A stretch of 64,000 nt of DNA. It comes from an uncultured Gammaproteobacteria bacterium. GTDB taxonomy: Bacteria; Patescibacteriota; Microgenomatia; CAYXHB01; CAZYTL01. Each line of letters begins with the position of its first letter. The stretch's first letter is position 1. The translations under genes and the position numbers were made by a program. Positions 50,389 through 59,434 of this stretch are shown here, piece after piece. Below the pieces are notes generated by a model. That model searched no databases, was not told the origin of the DNA, and worked only from the letters and a program-made list of their open reading frames with translations. The DNA lies in assembly GCA_964650355.1 (NCBI GenBank), contig CAZYTL010000005.1, positions 23,209 through 87,208 on the forward strand, read 5' to 3'.

Positions 50389-51984
50389 TTAGAATAAGTG
50401 AAAGTTATACACTGTATCCCCGCTCACATTCATATAATTAAAGTCACGGTATATATTCGGGCCATCCCTCAACAATGACCAAACTACATATCTTCCGTTA
50501 GGCAAGCCATTAATTCGATAGTTGCCGCTTGCATCAACCCTACCTGAACGAATCGCTCCGGTATCAACATTATAAATATAAATAGGAGTATTCGCTTGAG
50601 AAATCGGAATCCCTCCTGTCCCCGGATATCGATTAATTCCGCTCAAACTTCCGGTTCCTACACTCGGAGGAGTTAAAGTTGACAAATCAATATCTCTGAC
50701 AAATGGTACCCAGAAATTAATTATATTAGGCACGGTATCACTGGAATCCATAGTCCCGTGACCAAAAGTCAAAACACTGCCTTGTCTCCTCAGAATAGTT
50801 ATCAAATAACTATTTGGCGCATACTGCAATGGATAAAGACTATTCAACTGCAAGTCGCCTTGACTATTGGTTGTGAACGGACACCAAGAAATAGGAATGC
50901 TCGGATCCAGACTATAACTGAACAAATATCCTGGTTCGCTAGCATAAGCCGTACCATACAATAATAAATTAACATTTATATAAGTAGACGAACCCGTTAA
51001 CCCAGTAGCACAAGCATACTGCCCTGCTGGTGGTGTTGGAGTAGGAGGTATAGGAGTATTCGTCGGAGCAATGTATTCACATCTACAATTAGTCCATTCT
51101 TTCGCTCGGTTTTGACATCTCGGCGCTCCCGTAGAACTGTGCATCACCCTTCCGCATCCTATCCCACTCGTCTCCGTACAACTCGCGTCACTCCCTAAAT
51201 ACGCCCTGTTATTAGTCGCCAACCTATCAGTCCCTACATCCGTGCATTCCCGCCCCGCCCCAGAGCACAACTGGTTACAACTCTGATTAGTCGCAATATT
51301 AGGTATCGACGGATCTATACAATGACCCGTCTCAGGATCGCATACCCCGTACGGCTCACATATACTCGGATCTGTCGTACAATCTCTCTGCATACACTCC
51401 TCCCGGTATTCACCACCTTCCGCCGGTTCGCATTGCCCCCCACTCCCACACGCCGCAGCTGACCAACACTCTAAAGTACAAGGATTCCCCGGATCTTTAG
51501 CCTGACATGCATATTCCCCTACTCCACCATACGGATTACATACCTCACATTGCCCACATGCACTCGGATCACTCGGATCACATGGCGTCAGACTCCCTGG
51601 CGGTGTCGTCGGTCCCGGCCCCGGCGGTACCGTCACCACCGGTGGCGGTGTCGGTGTTGGCCCTCCACCACTTCCAAACCCTTCAAATATCTCTATCCCC
51701 AAAAAATATTGCACCAAAATCGCTATCGCATACGATAACGCCAACACCGCAAACCCTATCAAACACTGCGTCAACCTCTCCCTCGCCTTCTGTAAATTAG
51801 ACTGATCATCCCCGCTCGTCAACCACTGAAACCCTCCCCACAACAAACATAAAAATACCACTACTCCCCCGGCTATCAGCACCAAACCCAACAACCTCGA
51901 CAAAAACGTCGGTATCGATATCACCCCACTAAATAGATTCCCCACCTCCTGTAAGTGCCCTAATAATTGCGTCACCGGCTGCAT
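50389..51984 (-). CDS. CPR-type pilin domain fused to Pro linker, Cys-rich repeats and a C-terminal carboxypeptidase-regulatory-like beta-sandwich
   Basis: First ~186 aa near-identical to 48617..50062. Distinct C-terminus GSLSG...VDASGNYRINGLPNGRYVV. Confidence 0.85.
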   Translation of the reverse strand: MQPVTQLLGHLQEVGNLFSGVISIPTFLSRLLGLVLIAGGVVVFLCLLWGGFQWLTSGDDQSNLQKARERLTQCLIGFAVLALSYAIAILVQYFLGIEIFEGFGSGGGPTPTPPPVVTVPPGPGPTTPPGSLTPCDPSDPSACGQCEVCNPYGGVGEYACQAKDPGNPCTLECWSAAACGSGGQCEPAEGGEYREECMQRDCTTDPSICEPYGVCDPETGHCIDPSIPNIATNQSCNQLCSGAGRECTDVGTDRLATNNRAYLGSDASCTETSGIGCGRVMHSSTGAPRCQNRAKEWTNCRCEYIAPTNTPIPPTPTPPAGQYACATGLTGSSTYINVNLLLYGTAYASEPGYLFSYSLDPSIPISWCPFTTNSQGDLQLNSLYPLQYAPNSYLITILRRQGSVLTFGHGTMDSSDTVPNIINFWVPFVRDIDLSTLTPPSVGTGSLSGINRYPGTGGIPISQANTPIYIYNVDTGAIRSGRVDASGNYRINGLPNGRYVVWSLLRDGPNIYRDFNYMNVSGDTVYNFHLF

Positions 51985-52039
51985 ACTAACTCTAGTATCT
52001 CATTCGCCTTTTTCCTCTGTCAATGTTAAATTAATATTG

Positions 52040-53452
52040 ATGCGCTCATCCTGGCTACCCAAATCTCTCATCTACCAAATATTCACCGGCCGTTGGTCAA
52101 TGGAAACTTCAACTCCCCCTCTCAAGGACCTATCTAAACGTAACTGGCAATCTTTAACCAATCTCGGATTTAATACTTTCTATCTTCTCGGCCTTTGGGA
52201 ACACCAAGGCCCCATTGTCGTAACTCAAGAAGAAGGAATTAATTTACCCTCTCCTCATAGTAATGAAGCTTCGTCCAAAGGACGATCGTCCTCTGGACGA
52301 AACGAAGCTCTTGAAACTCATCTTCCTCGCATCTCCTCCATGATGGCCCTCACCAACCACCAGATCGTTGACCCTCGTCTCGGAACCCAAGAGGACCTTA
52401 CCCAACTGATTAATCATTTCCATCAATTAAACTGTCAGGTAATCGTAGACTTCGTTCCCAACCACACAGCTACCACCCACCCCTGGGTCACCTCCCATCC
52501 CGAGTACTATTATCAAAAATCTTTCCCAAAAGGGAAAGATAACAACAATTTAACCATTCAACCATTCGACAATTTTCTTCCCGAATTTTCCGGCGACGTT
52601 TATAAACTCAACTACCAGAACCCCCAACTTCGCCAGGAAATGCTCCGCATCCTCCAATTCATCAGTCAACTCAACATCGATGCCGTCCGCTGTGACATGG
52701 CCCATCTAGTCCCCGCTGATTTCTGGTCCGAAGCCATCTCTATTATTAAAAATCAACACTCTGACTTTACCTTCATTGCCGAAGCCTATCCTCCCCACCC
52801 TTTTGATTACTCCGTTATCACCGATCTTATCAGAGCCGGATTCGACGCCGTCTACGACAGCCAACTCTACTATGACCTCAATCAAATCATCCTCCACCAC
52901 GCCCCACTCGACTACCTCACCAAACACATCAGTTACGTTTCTTCTCGTCTTCCCCAAACTAATAACTATCAACTATCAACTATCAACTACTTTTGTAACC
53001 ACGATGACCCACCCTTAAACAATCGACACAACGACCCAACAATTCAAAGCCAGATCGAAACTTACCTTGAGTCTCTCATCGCTCTCACTCTCTTCACACC
53101 CGGCACTCCATTCTTCTACAACGGCTCTCTTTTAGGATTCGACCATCGCCTGGCCCATCATTGGCTGGAGAAACTTCCTTTACAATACCAAGAAACCGAA
53201 AACCCCATCCCGGACCATCTGCAACAGATCTTTCGTCTCCGCCCTCAAATCACCACGGAAAAATTTCTCTCAATTTCTGTCAATTCCCAACTAATTTCTA
53301 TCTCTTACTCTCATCACTTAATCACCATCAACCTTACTCCTTCTCCGCAACCATTATCAAATTTCCCAACCACCCAACGCGGACTCGTCCACCAATACAC
53401 CTCTTCCGACCAACTTCCTCCCGGACAATCAGAAATCTTTCTCCTCCCTTAA
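52040..53452 (+). CDS. Alpha-amylase family (GH13) glycoside hydrolase
   Basis: VDFVPNHTA, DAVRCDMAHLV, FIAEAY, NHDD, TPGTPFFYNG. ATG at 52040 chosen because of TGT-TAAATT-N7-ATG. Confidence 0.9.
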   Translation: MRSSWLPKSLIYQIFTGRWSMETSTPPLKDLSKRNWQSLTNLGFNTFYLLGLWEHQGPIVVTQEEGINLPSPHSNEASSKGRSSSGRNEALETHLPRISSMMALTNHQIVDPRLGTQEDLTQLINHFHQLNCQVIVDFVPNHTATTHPWVTSHPEYYYQKSFPKGKDNNNLTIQPFDNFLPEFSGDVYKLNYQNPQLRQEMLRILQFISQLNIDAVRCDMAHLVPADFWSEAISIIKNQHSDFTFIAEAYPPHPFDYSVITDLIRAGFDAVYDSQLYYDLNQIILHHAPLDYLTKHISYVSSRLPQTNNYQLSTINYFCNHDDPPLNNRHNDPTIQSQIETYLESLIALTLFTPGTPFFYNGSLLGFDHRLAHHWLEKLPLQYQETENPIPDHLQQIFRLRPQITTEKFLSISVNSQLISISYSHHLITINLTPSPQPLSNFPTTQRGLVHQYTSSDQLPPGQSEIFLLP

Positions 53453-53677
53453 CACTAAATTAACCATCTCTTATTGCTGTTATCTGATTACTCTTTACCG
53501 ATTACGAACCCCACTTTCTATCAATTTCCAAATTTCACAATTTCCTATTTCTATTTTCTACTTCTTATTTCCTATCATTATCTTATTCATTGACTTCTTC
53601 TCTCCTCTAGTTCTACTATGAAAGTTAGATTACAAAACTAAAAATTTTTTTAATCTATTACCCACAATTCATAATTC

Positions 53678-54898
53678 ATGAACGTTCTAATGTTCGGTTG
53701 GGAATTGCCCCCCCACCACAGTGGAGGACTGGGCACAGCTTGTTATGGCTTAACCCACAGCCTTTGCCAACATGGAGTCAACATCAATTTCATCCTTCCT
53801 CGCAAACTTCCTCATCACATCTCGTTCATGCATGTCTATTCCGATCACATTTCTTCCGCCGATCTCTCCGTCACCGCCCTTAACTCCCTTCTTAAATCCT
53901 ATTCCACCACTGTCGATTATCAAACCCTTCTTTCCCAACTCACTCCCGAAGAGTTACAAGCCCACGTCTTTGGCCGCAACCTCATCGATGAAGCTCTCCG
54001 TTATGGTCGTCAGGCGGCCAAATGGGCCCGTCATCTTCCTCATGACCTCATCCATTCCCACGACTGGATGACTTATCCCGCCGGTATCCAGGCAGCTAAG
54101 ACCTCCGGCAAACCCTTTGTCGCCCACGTGCACGCCACCGAATTCGACCGCTGCGCCGGCGACCACGTCAACCACCAAGTCGCCGACATCGAATACCAGG
54201 GTTTAACAAGAGCCGATCGGGTCATCACGGTTAGTAAGTACACCAAAAACATCATAGTTAATAAATATGCCGTCAATCCCCACAAAGTTACGGTTGTTCA
54301 TAATGGCATCGAACCCCACGAATTCCCTCCCACCCATCTACCCACCCTCCTCCCTGGATATCAAGTTGTCCTCTTTGTCGGTCGACTCACCATCCAAAAA
54401 GGAGCTGACTACCTCCTCAAAGCCGCCCCCAAAGTGCTCCTCCATCGCCCTCGCACCATTTTCCTCATCACCGGTGACGGTGATCTCAAACGCCAACTCA
54501 TTATGGAAGCTGCTGGGCTGGGCGTTTCCCATCGCGTCCTCTTTACCGGCTTCATCCGTGACCGCCACCAACTTGCCTCTATTTACCAAGCGGCTGACGT
54601 CTTTGTCATGCCCTCGGTTTCCGAACCTTTCGGCATAGTCCCCTTGGAAGCCATGGCCAACCACAAACCAGTCATCATCTCCAAACAATCCGGCGTATCA
54701 GAAATAGTTAACCATAGTCTCAAGGTTGACTTCTGGGACGTAGACCGTTTAGCTGATCTCATCATCTCCGTTCTCAACTATCCTGCTTTGCAGGAGGAAA
54801 TGGCTTTCCAGGGAAACCGTGAACTCCAACACATTACCTGGGATAACGCTGCCCGCAAAACCCTGGCCGTCTATCAACAAGTCCTCAACCATTCTTAA
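53678..54898 (+). CDS. Glycosyltransferase family 4 (glycogen-synthase-like)
   Basis: MFGWELPPHHSGGLGTAC, HSHDWMT, HVHATEFDR, FVGRLTIQKG, MPSVSEPFGIVPLEA. Confidence 0.93.
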   Translation: MNVLMFGWELPPHHSGGLGTACYGLTHSLCQHGVNINFILPRKLPHHISFMHVYSDHISSADLSVTALNSLLKSYSTTVDYQTLLSQLTPEELQAHVFGRNLIDEALRYGRQAAKWARHLPHDLIHSHDWMTYPAGIQAAKTSGKPFVAHVHATEFDRCAGDHVNHQVADIEYQGLTRADRVITVSKYTKNIIVNKYAVNPHKVTVVHNGIEPHEFPPTHLPTLLPGYQVVLFVGRLTIQKGADYLLKAAPKVLLHRPRTIFLITGDGDLKRQLIMEAAGLGVSHRVLFTGFIRDRHQLASIYQAADVFVMPSVSEPFGIVPLEAMANHKPVIISKQSGVSEIVNHSLKVDFWDVDRLADLIISVLNYPALQEEMAFQGNRELQHITWDNAARKTLAVYQQVLNHS

Positions 54899-54911
54899 AC
54901 CCCATAGTATC

Positions 54912-54939
54912 TTGACAAACAACTAATCCCCTGTATAAT
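54912..54939 (+). promoter_or_regulatory. Consensus sigma70 promoter
   Basis: TTGACA (54912) - 16 nt - TATAAT (54934). Confidence 0.7.
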
Positions 54940-55156
54940 TGAAACCGTTGAAAACCTCCCCACACCGCGTGGAGAAGGGTTTTCTTCTCGCACCTTTATA
55001 AAGGTCAAAAGATGCTACCAGGTGTGCATTCTTGTGCCTCACCTGCAGCTCTAGCGGAACGGAAAGAGAATAAATACTCCTGATTCTTTTCCCCATCCGC
55101 TAGAGCACTCGCGCTCATGGCGGAAATAATGCTTACGCAGAAAGGAGGTGAAATCC

Positions 55157-55498
55157 ATGCTGCGCAAGCGAAATCTGCTTTGGGCGGCCTTGGCCGCCAT
55201 CGTCGTCATCGGCTTGCTGGCGCCCCTCTGGGCACCCGCAACGCACACCGCAGAAGCCGCGGGACCCTGTTATTTTGCCAATAGGCAGAGGGTCTGCCCC
55301 ACCAGTTTACGCACTGAAAACTATGATTACCTCATGGGATTGGATGATACCGGACAAATCATCCAATCCTGGCGTGCTTCGCCTAACGGGCGCACCCAAA
55401 CGGACGCATATGATGCCAGAATCACCAGCTTTGCTGTCTTCGGCAAAGCCAACGGCATCAGCCAAGCAAGCTCGCCCAACTGGGGAGGCACGAGGTAG
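55157..55498 (+). CDS. Small secreted hypothetical protein
   Basis: Strong SD AAGGAGG 8 nt before ATG 55157, signal peptide MLRKRNLLWAALAAIVVIGLLAPLWAPATHTAEAA, flanked by promoter and terminator. Confidence 0.7.
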   Translation: MLRKRNLLWAALAAIVVIGLLAPLWAPATHTAEAAGPCYFANRQRVCPTSLRTENYDYLMGLDDTGQIIQSWRASPNGRTQTDAYDARITSFAVFGKANGISQASSPNWGGTR

Positions 55499-55524
55499 CA
55501 CCCCGTTCCACCATGGGACACCCT

Positions 55525-55554
55525 GGGCTCCGGCTTTCTAGGGGGGCCCTTTTT
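55525..55554 (+). terminator. Putative rho-independent terminator
   Basis: gggctcc...ggggccc stem followed by ttttt downstream of the 55498 stop. Confidence 0.5.
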
Positions 55555-55815
55555 CATGCTCATAAGTTCCCCTCCCTCAACTCCTTCTTCCATCTCCATT
55601 CCAAACCCGCTAAACTAAAGGCAGTGCATTAAGAATCACGAATCAAGAATCTCCTATAAGGGGAATAAACCATTATATCCGCAAATTCCTTATTCTTATC
55701 GTGTTCAGAAACTAATAACTATTAAATTAACTATTAATTGGTTACTTTCCAATCTTGATGTGAAACTTGTCCCAAAGGGACCCCTTCGGGGAAACTAATA
55801 CCTGATACTATCCTT

Positions 55816-57057
55816 ATGGCCGCCGTCGTCCTCTATTTCCACGTCCACCAACCATTTCGCGTCAAACCCTACTCCATCTTCCAGGCAGGTCATGACCATC
55901 AATACTTCAACGCCAATAGCGGATCCCGACTCGATAACCAAAAAATCCTTCGCAAAGTCGCAGACAAATGTTACCTTCCTGCCACCAAAATCCTCCGTGA
56001 CCTGATTTCCCGCTATCCCGATTTCAAAGTTTCATTTTCCATTTCCGGTCCTATCATTGAACAACTCAGACAATTCGCCCCTGAAGTTCTCCACTCCTTT
56101 CAGGATCTGGTGGCCACCGGCAACGTGGAACTTCTCGCCGAAACCTACCACCATAGCCTCTCCTTTCTCTATTCCCAACCAGAATTTCACCGCCAAATCC
56201 AACTCCAACATCAAAACATTCAGGATACCTTTGGCTACACCCCCACCGCCTTCCGTAATACCGAACTCATTTACAATAACGCCCTTGCCGCTGAAGTCGA
56301 AAAACTCGGTTATCAGGTAATTCTGGCCGAAGGCATTGACTCCGTACTTGGTTGGCGCAACCCCAATTTCGTCTACCGACCCGCTACCACCCAAAAATTG
56401 AAACTCTTACTCAAAAACTATCGTTTATCCGACGATATCGCCTTTAGGTTCTCCGAACGCTCATGGAACGAATGGCCCCTTACCGCCGAAAAATTCGCCA
56501 ACTGGGTCTCCCAGGTAAACGGCAACGGCCACGTAGTCAATCTCTTCATGGATTTTGAAACTTTAGGAGAACATCAATGGGCCGACTCAGGCATCTTCGA
56601 TTTTCTCCACCAACTTCCCTACGAAATCTACCGTCATCCTGATAACCAATTCATGACCGTCACTCAAGCCGCCCAAACCTTTCCGGTCATGGATACCATC
56701 GACATGCACCACCTCACTTCCTGGGCAGACACCGAACGCGACCTCTCAGCTTGGCTCTCCAACCCCATGCAGCACTCCGCCATCCAAACTCTTTACGACC
56801 TGGAAGAACTCATTCTCAATACCGACGATCCCGAGTTAATTTCCGACTGGCGCCACCTCCAATCCAGTGACCACTTCTATTATATGTGCACCAAATGGTT
56901 CAATGACGGCGACGTCCATAAATACTTCAACCCCTACGAGACTCCTTATGATGCCTTTATCAATTACATGAATGTTCTCCACGATCTCAGGCATCGGGCC
57001 GAATCCCACCCCCGCAACACCACCAAACACAAGTTGACAACCAAGAGCCAAAAGTGA
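55816..57057 (+). CDS. Glycoside hydrolase family 57 (alpha-amylase-like)
   Basis: LYFHVHQP, ETYHHSL, FRNTELIY, LSDDIAFRFS, FMDFETLGEHQW, SWADTERDLSAW, SDHFYYMCTK. Confidence 0.93.
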   Translation: MAAVVLYFHVHQPFRVKPYSIFQAGHDHQYFNANSGSRLDNQKILRKVADKCYLPATKILRDLISRYPDFKVSFSISGPIIEQLRQFAPEVLHSFQDLVATGNVELLAETYHHSLSFLYSQPEFHRQIQLQHQNIQDTFGYTPTAFRNTELIYNNALAAEVEKLGYQVILAEGIDSVLGWRNPNFVYRPATTQKLKLLLKNYRLSDDIAFRFSERSWNEWPLTAEKFANWVSQVNGNGHVVNLFMDFETLGEHQWADSGIFDFLHQLPYEIYRHPDNQFMTVTQAAQTFPVMDTIDMHHLTSWADTERDLSAWLSNPMQHSAIQTLYDLEELILNTDDPELISDWRHLQSSDHFYYMCTKWFNDGDVHKYFNPYETPYDAFINYMNVLHDLRHRAESHPRNTTKHKLTTKSQK

Positions 57058-57078
57058 GAACCTGAATAATAAATCCCT

Positions 57079-57684
57079 ATGACCTTTCCTGTCCCACCCA
57101 CTAACTACTACCGTACCCCAAAATGGCAAGCCCCGGTCAAACCCAGCTATCGCAGTTTCTGGCTCAACGACGGCACCGTCATCCAAAACATCTGGCAACT
57201 CAAACACGTCTTCAAAACCGCCCCTGATCCCATTTTCTATCATCACGTCCACGATCAGACCAATCAATTCGCTGATTGGATCGACCAGGCTGTTTGGGAT
57301 CATCAACTCGCCCACTTACTCCGCAACCAAACCCACCGCTGGGGAATGATCGTCGCCCTGGAACGCCACCAAATGCGTTCTCTCAACCTCCCTCCGTATT
57401 TAGCCGCCCGGTGGCTCTCTCCCACCCCTGAAAGCTTCTACCTCTCCAATAACCGCTACCTTTATAGCCTTACCGAACTCAAACACGCCCTCATGGACAT
57501 CGACGAACCCTTGTTCAAACAACACCTCCAAACCGTTCCCAGCGACTTCGTCAATTGGATCAATGACTCCATCGGTAACTACCTCTTGGCTGAGATCCTA
57601 GCCGACGACACCAACCAAACCAAATTCCTCATCCACCTCTCCGATCATCTGGAAATGCTCCACGAAGCCGCCAAAGACTACTAA
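57079..57684 (+). CDS. Hypothetical protein with two tandem DUF5752-like domains
   Basis: Internal repeat FWLNDG...F..H.....N.FADWI / FYLSNN...F..H....SDFVNWI. Follows GH57. Confidence 0.7.
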   Translation: MTFPVPPTNYYRTPKWQAPVKPSYRSFWLNDGTVIQNIWQLKHVFKTAPDPIFYHHVHDQTNQFADWIDQAVWDHQLAHLLRNQTHRWGMIVALERHQMRSLNLPPYLAARWLSPTPESFYLSNNRYLYSLTELKHALMDIDEPLFKQHLQTVPSDFVNWINDSIGNYLLAEILADDTNQTKFLIHLSDHLEMLHEAAKDY

Positions 57685-57827
57685 AAATCCTTCCCCTCCT
57701 CTTGCATCTCCTGCTATACTTAATGTCGTCGTTATCAATTATTTATTGTTTTATTAATTTATTGATTTATTGTTCGAAGCTCGCATAGCGAGCATTTTTA
57801 ATAAACTAATAAACTAATAAATCTTAC

Positions 57828-58910
57828 ATGAAAGCCATCATCCCTATTGGCGGTCGCGGCACCCGCATGCGCCCGGTCACCTTCACCGCCAACAAACACT
57901 TCATTCCCGTTGGCAACAAACCGCTAATCTTCTACCCCATTGAAACCATCGTTGAAGCCGGAATCAAAGACATCGCCATCACCTATAATCCCGGACAGCT
58001 AGAATATGCTAAAGAAGTTCTTGGTAATGGTTCCCGATGGGGTGCCAAATTCACCTACATCCTTCAACCCGAGCCCAAAGGCTTGGCCAACATCTATCAA
58101 GTCTGTGAAGACTGGGTCGGCAACGACCTCTTTGTCTCTCACATGGGAGACAATATCTTTACCAATGGCATCAAAGATCTCGTTCAATTCTTCAAAAAAG
58201 CCAAGCCCTCAGGTGGCCTGGTCACCATGGTCCAACATCCGGAAAATTGGAGATTAGGTGTGCCTTATTTTGATAAACAAGGGAATTTAATAAAATATGT
58301 CGAGAAACCGAAAAATCCTCCTCATAATTTTGCCGTTCCCGGACTTTACTTCATGACTCCTAACGCTTTTAAAGTCTTTAAAGGCAAGGATAAACTCCAA
58401 CCATCAGCGCGAGGGGAATACGAACAACCCGATGCCTATCAGTGGTTAATCGACCACCACTACCAAGTCCTTGTCAAAGAATACCAAGGCAAATGGCTCG
58501 ACCCTGGCAAATTCAACGATTGGCTGGAGACCAACCAATACCTGCTCGACACCCAAACCCAAACAGACCTGAAAAGCAAACCCGACAAACATTCCAAAAT
58601 CGAAGGCCGCGTTACTATTGGCAATCAGTGTCAAATAAAAAACACCACCATCCGCGGTCCAGTTAACATTGGCGACCACGTCACCATCATGGACAGCTTT
58701 ATCGGCCCCTACACCTCTATCTACCACAACTGTCACCTGCTCAACTGCAACTTGGAGAACTCCGTACTCATGGGCAGCGTCATCCTCAAAGACATCACCA
58801 AACCTATCGACAACAGCATCATCGGCCCAGATTCAGAAATCAAGGGCAACCACAACGGCCATGACGACCTCGAACTATTCATTGGAGAGATGTCGAAAAT
58901 TTCACTGTGA
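57828..58910 (+). CDS. rfbA: Glucose-1-phosphate thymidylyltransferase (long form)
   Basis: GGRGTRMRPVT...KHFIPVGNKPLI, QPEPKGLA, MGDN, VEKP, PSARGEYE, C-terminal hexapeptide region. Confidence 0.9.
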   Translation: MKAIIPIGGRGTRMRPVTFTANKHFIPVGNKPLIFYPIETIVEAGIKDIAITYNPGQLEYAKEVLGNGSRWGAKFTYILQPEPKGLANIYQVCEDWVGNDLFVSHMGDNIFTNGIKDLVQFFKKAKPSGGLVTMVQHPENWRLGVPYFDKQGNLIKYVEKPKNPPHNFAVPGLYFMTPNAFKVFKGKDKLQPSARGEYEQPDAYQWLIDHHYQVLVKEYQGKWLDPGKFNDWLETNQYLLDTQTQTDLKSKPDKHSKIEGRVTIGNQCQIKNTTIRGPVNIGDHVTIMDSFIGPYTSIYHNCHLLNCNLENSVLMGSVILKDITKPIDNSIIGPDSEIKGNHNGHDDLELFIGEMSKISL

Positions 58911-58999
58911 AATTTTCGATGATTTATTAATTTATTACTTTACTAATTTATTAAAAAATAAGCCTGCATGGCAAACTGAATAAATCAATAAATCTTTAT

Positions 59000-59401
59000 A
59001 TGGATACTTACGCTAGTATTGAAAATCTACAAAAACTTAAGGTCTATCAATTAAGCAGAAAATTGTCCAAATTAGTTTGGGATATAGTTTCTAAATGGAA
59101 ATACGTTGCCCAAAAGACAATTGGTATTCAATGGATCGAATCAACTGACTCAATTTCATCAAATATTGCAGAAGGTTATGGAAGATACCATTTTAATGAA
59201 AGCATAAATTTCTATTATTTTTCTCGAGGTTCTTTATTTGAATCTCATGACTGGTTTAAAAAAGCTCAGGAAAGAAGATTGTTAACAGGAGAACAAATTA
59301 AGCAATATTTAGACATTTTTGAAAAAATCCCTATTGAACTGAATGTGTTAATTAAGCGAACCAAAACAAGTGCGAAAGAATACAAAAAGTTGAATAAATA
59401 A
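59000..59401 (+). CDS. Four helix bundle protein (23S rRNA-IVP/Avd-like family)
   Basis: LKVYQLS...SISSNIAEGYGR...FYYFSRGSLFE. AT-rich and flanked by taaat/aataa short repeats. Confidence 0.9.
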   Translation: MDTYASIENLQKLKVYQLSRKLSKLVWDIVSKWKYVAQKTIGIQWIESTDSISSNIAEGYGRYHFNESINFYYFSRGSLFESHDWFKKAQERRLLTGEQIKQYLDIFEKIPIELNVLIKRTKTSAKEYKKLNK

Positions 59402-59434
59402 ACAAATAAATTAATAAATATTTTAAAATTTTCT

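Noticed and set aside
54940-55150. tRNA, RNase P, tmRNA or known riboswitch
   Set aside because: No cloverleaf or diagnostic conserved motifs recognised. Kept only as an unassigned structured leader.
59000-59401. Diversity-generating retroelement (Avd-like gene plus repeated modules)
   Set aside because: No reverse transcriptase in the window, and differences between repeated modules are not visibly adenine-specific.
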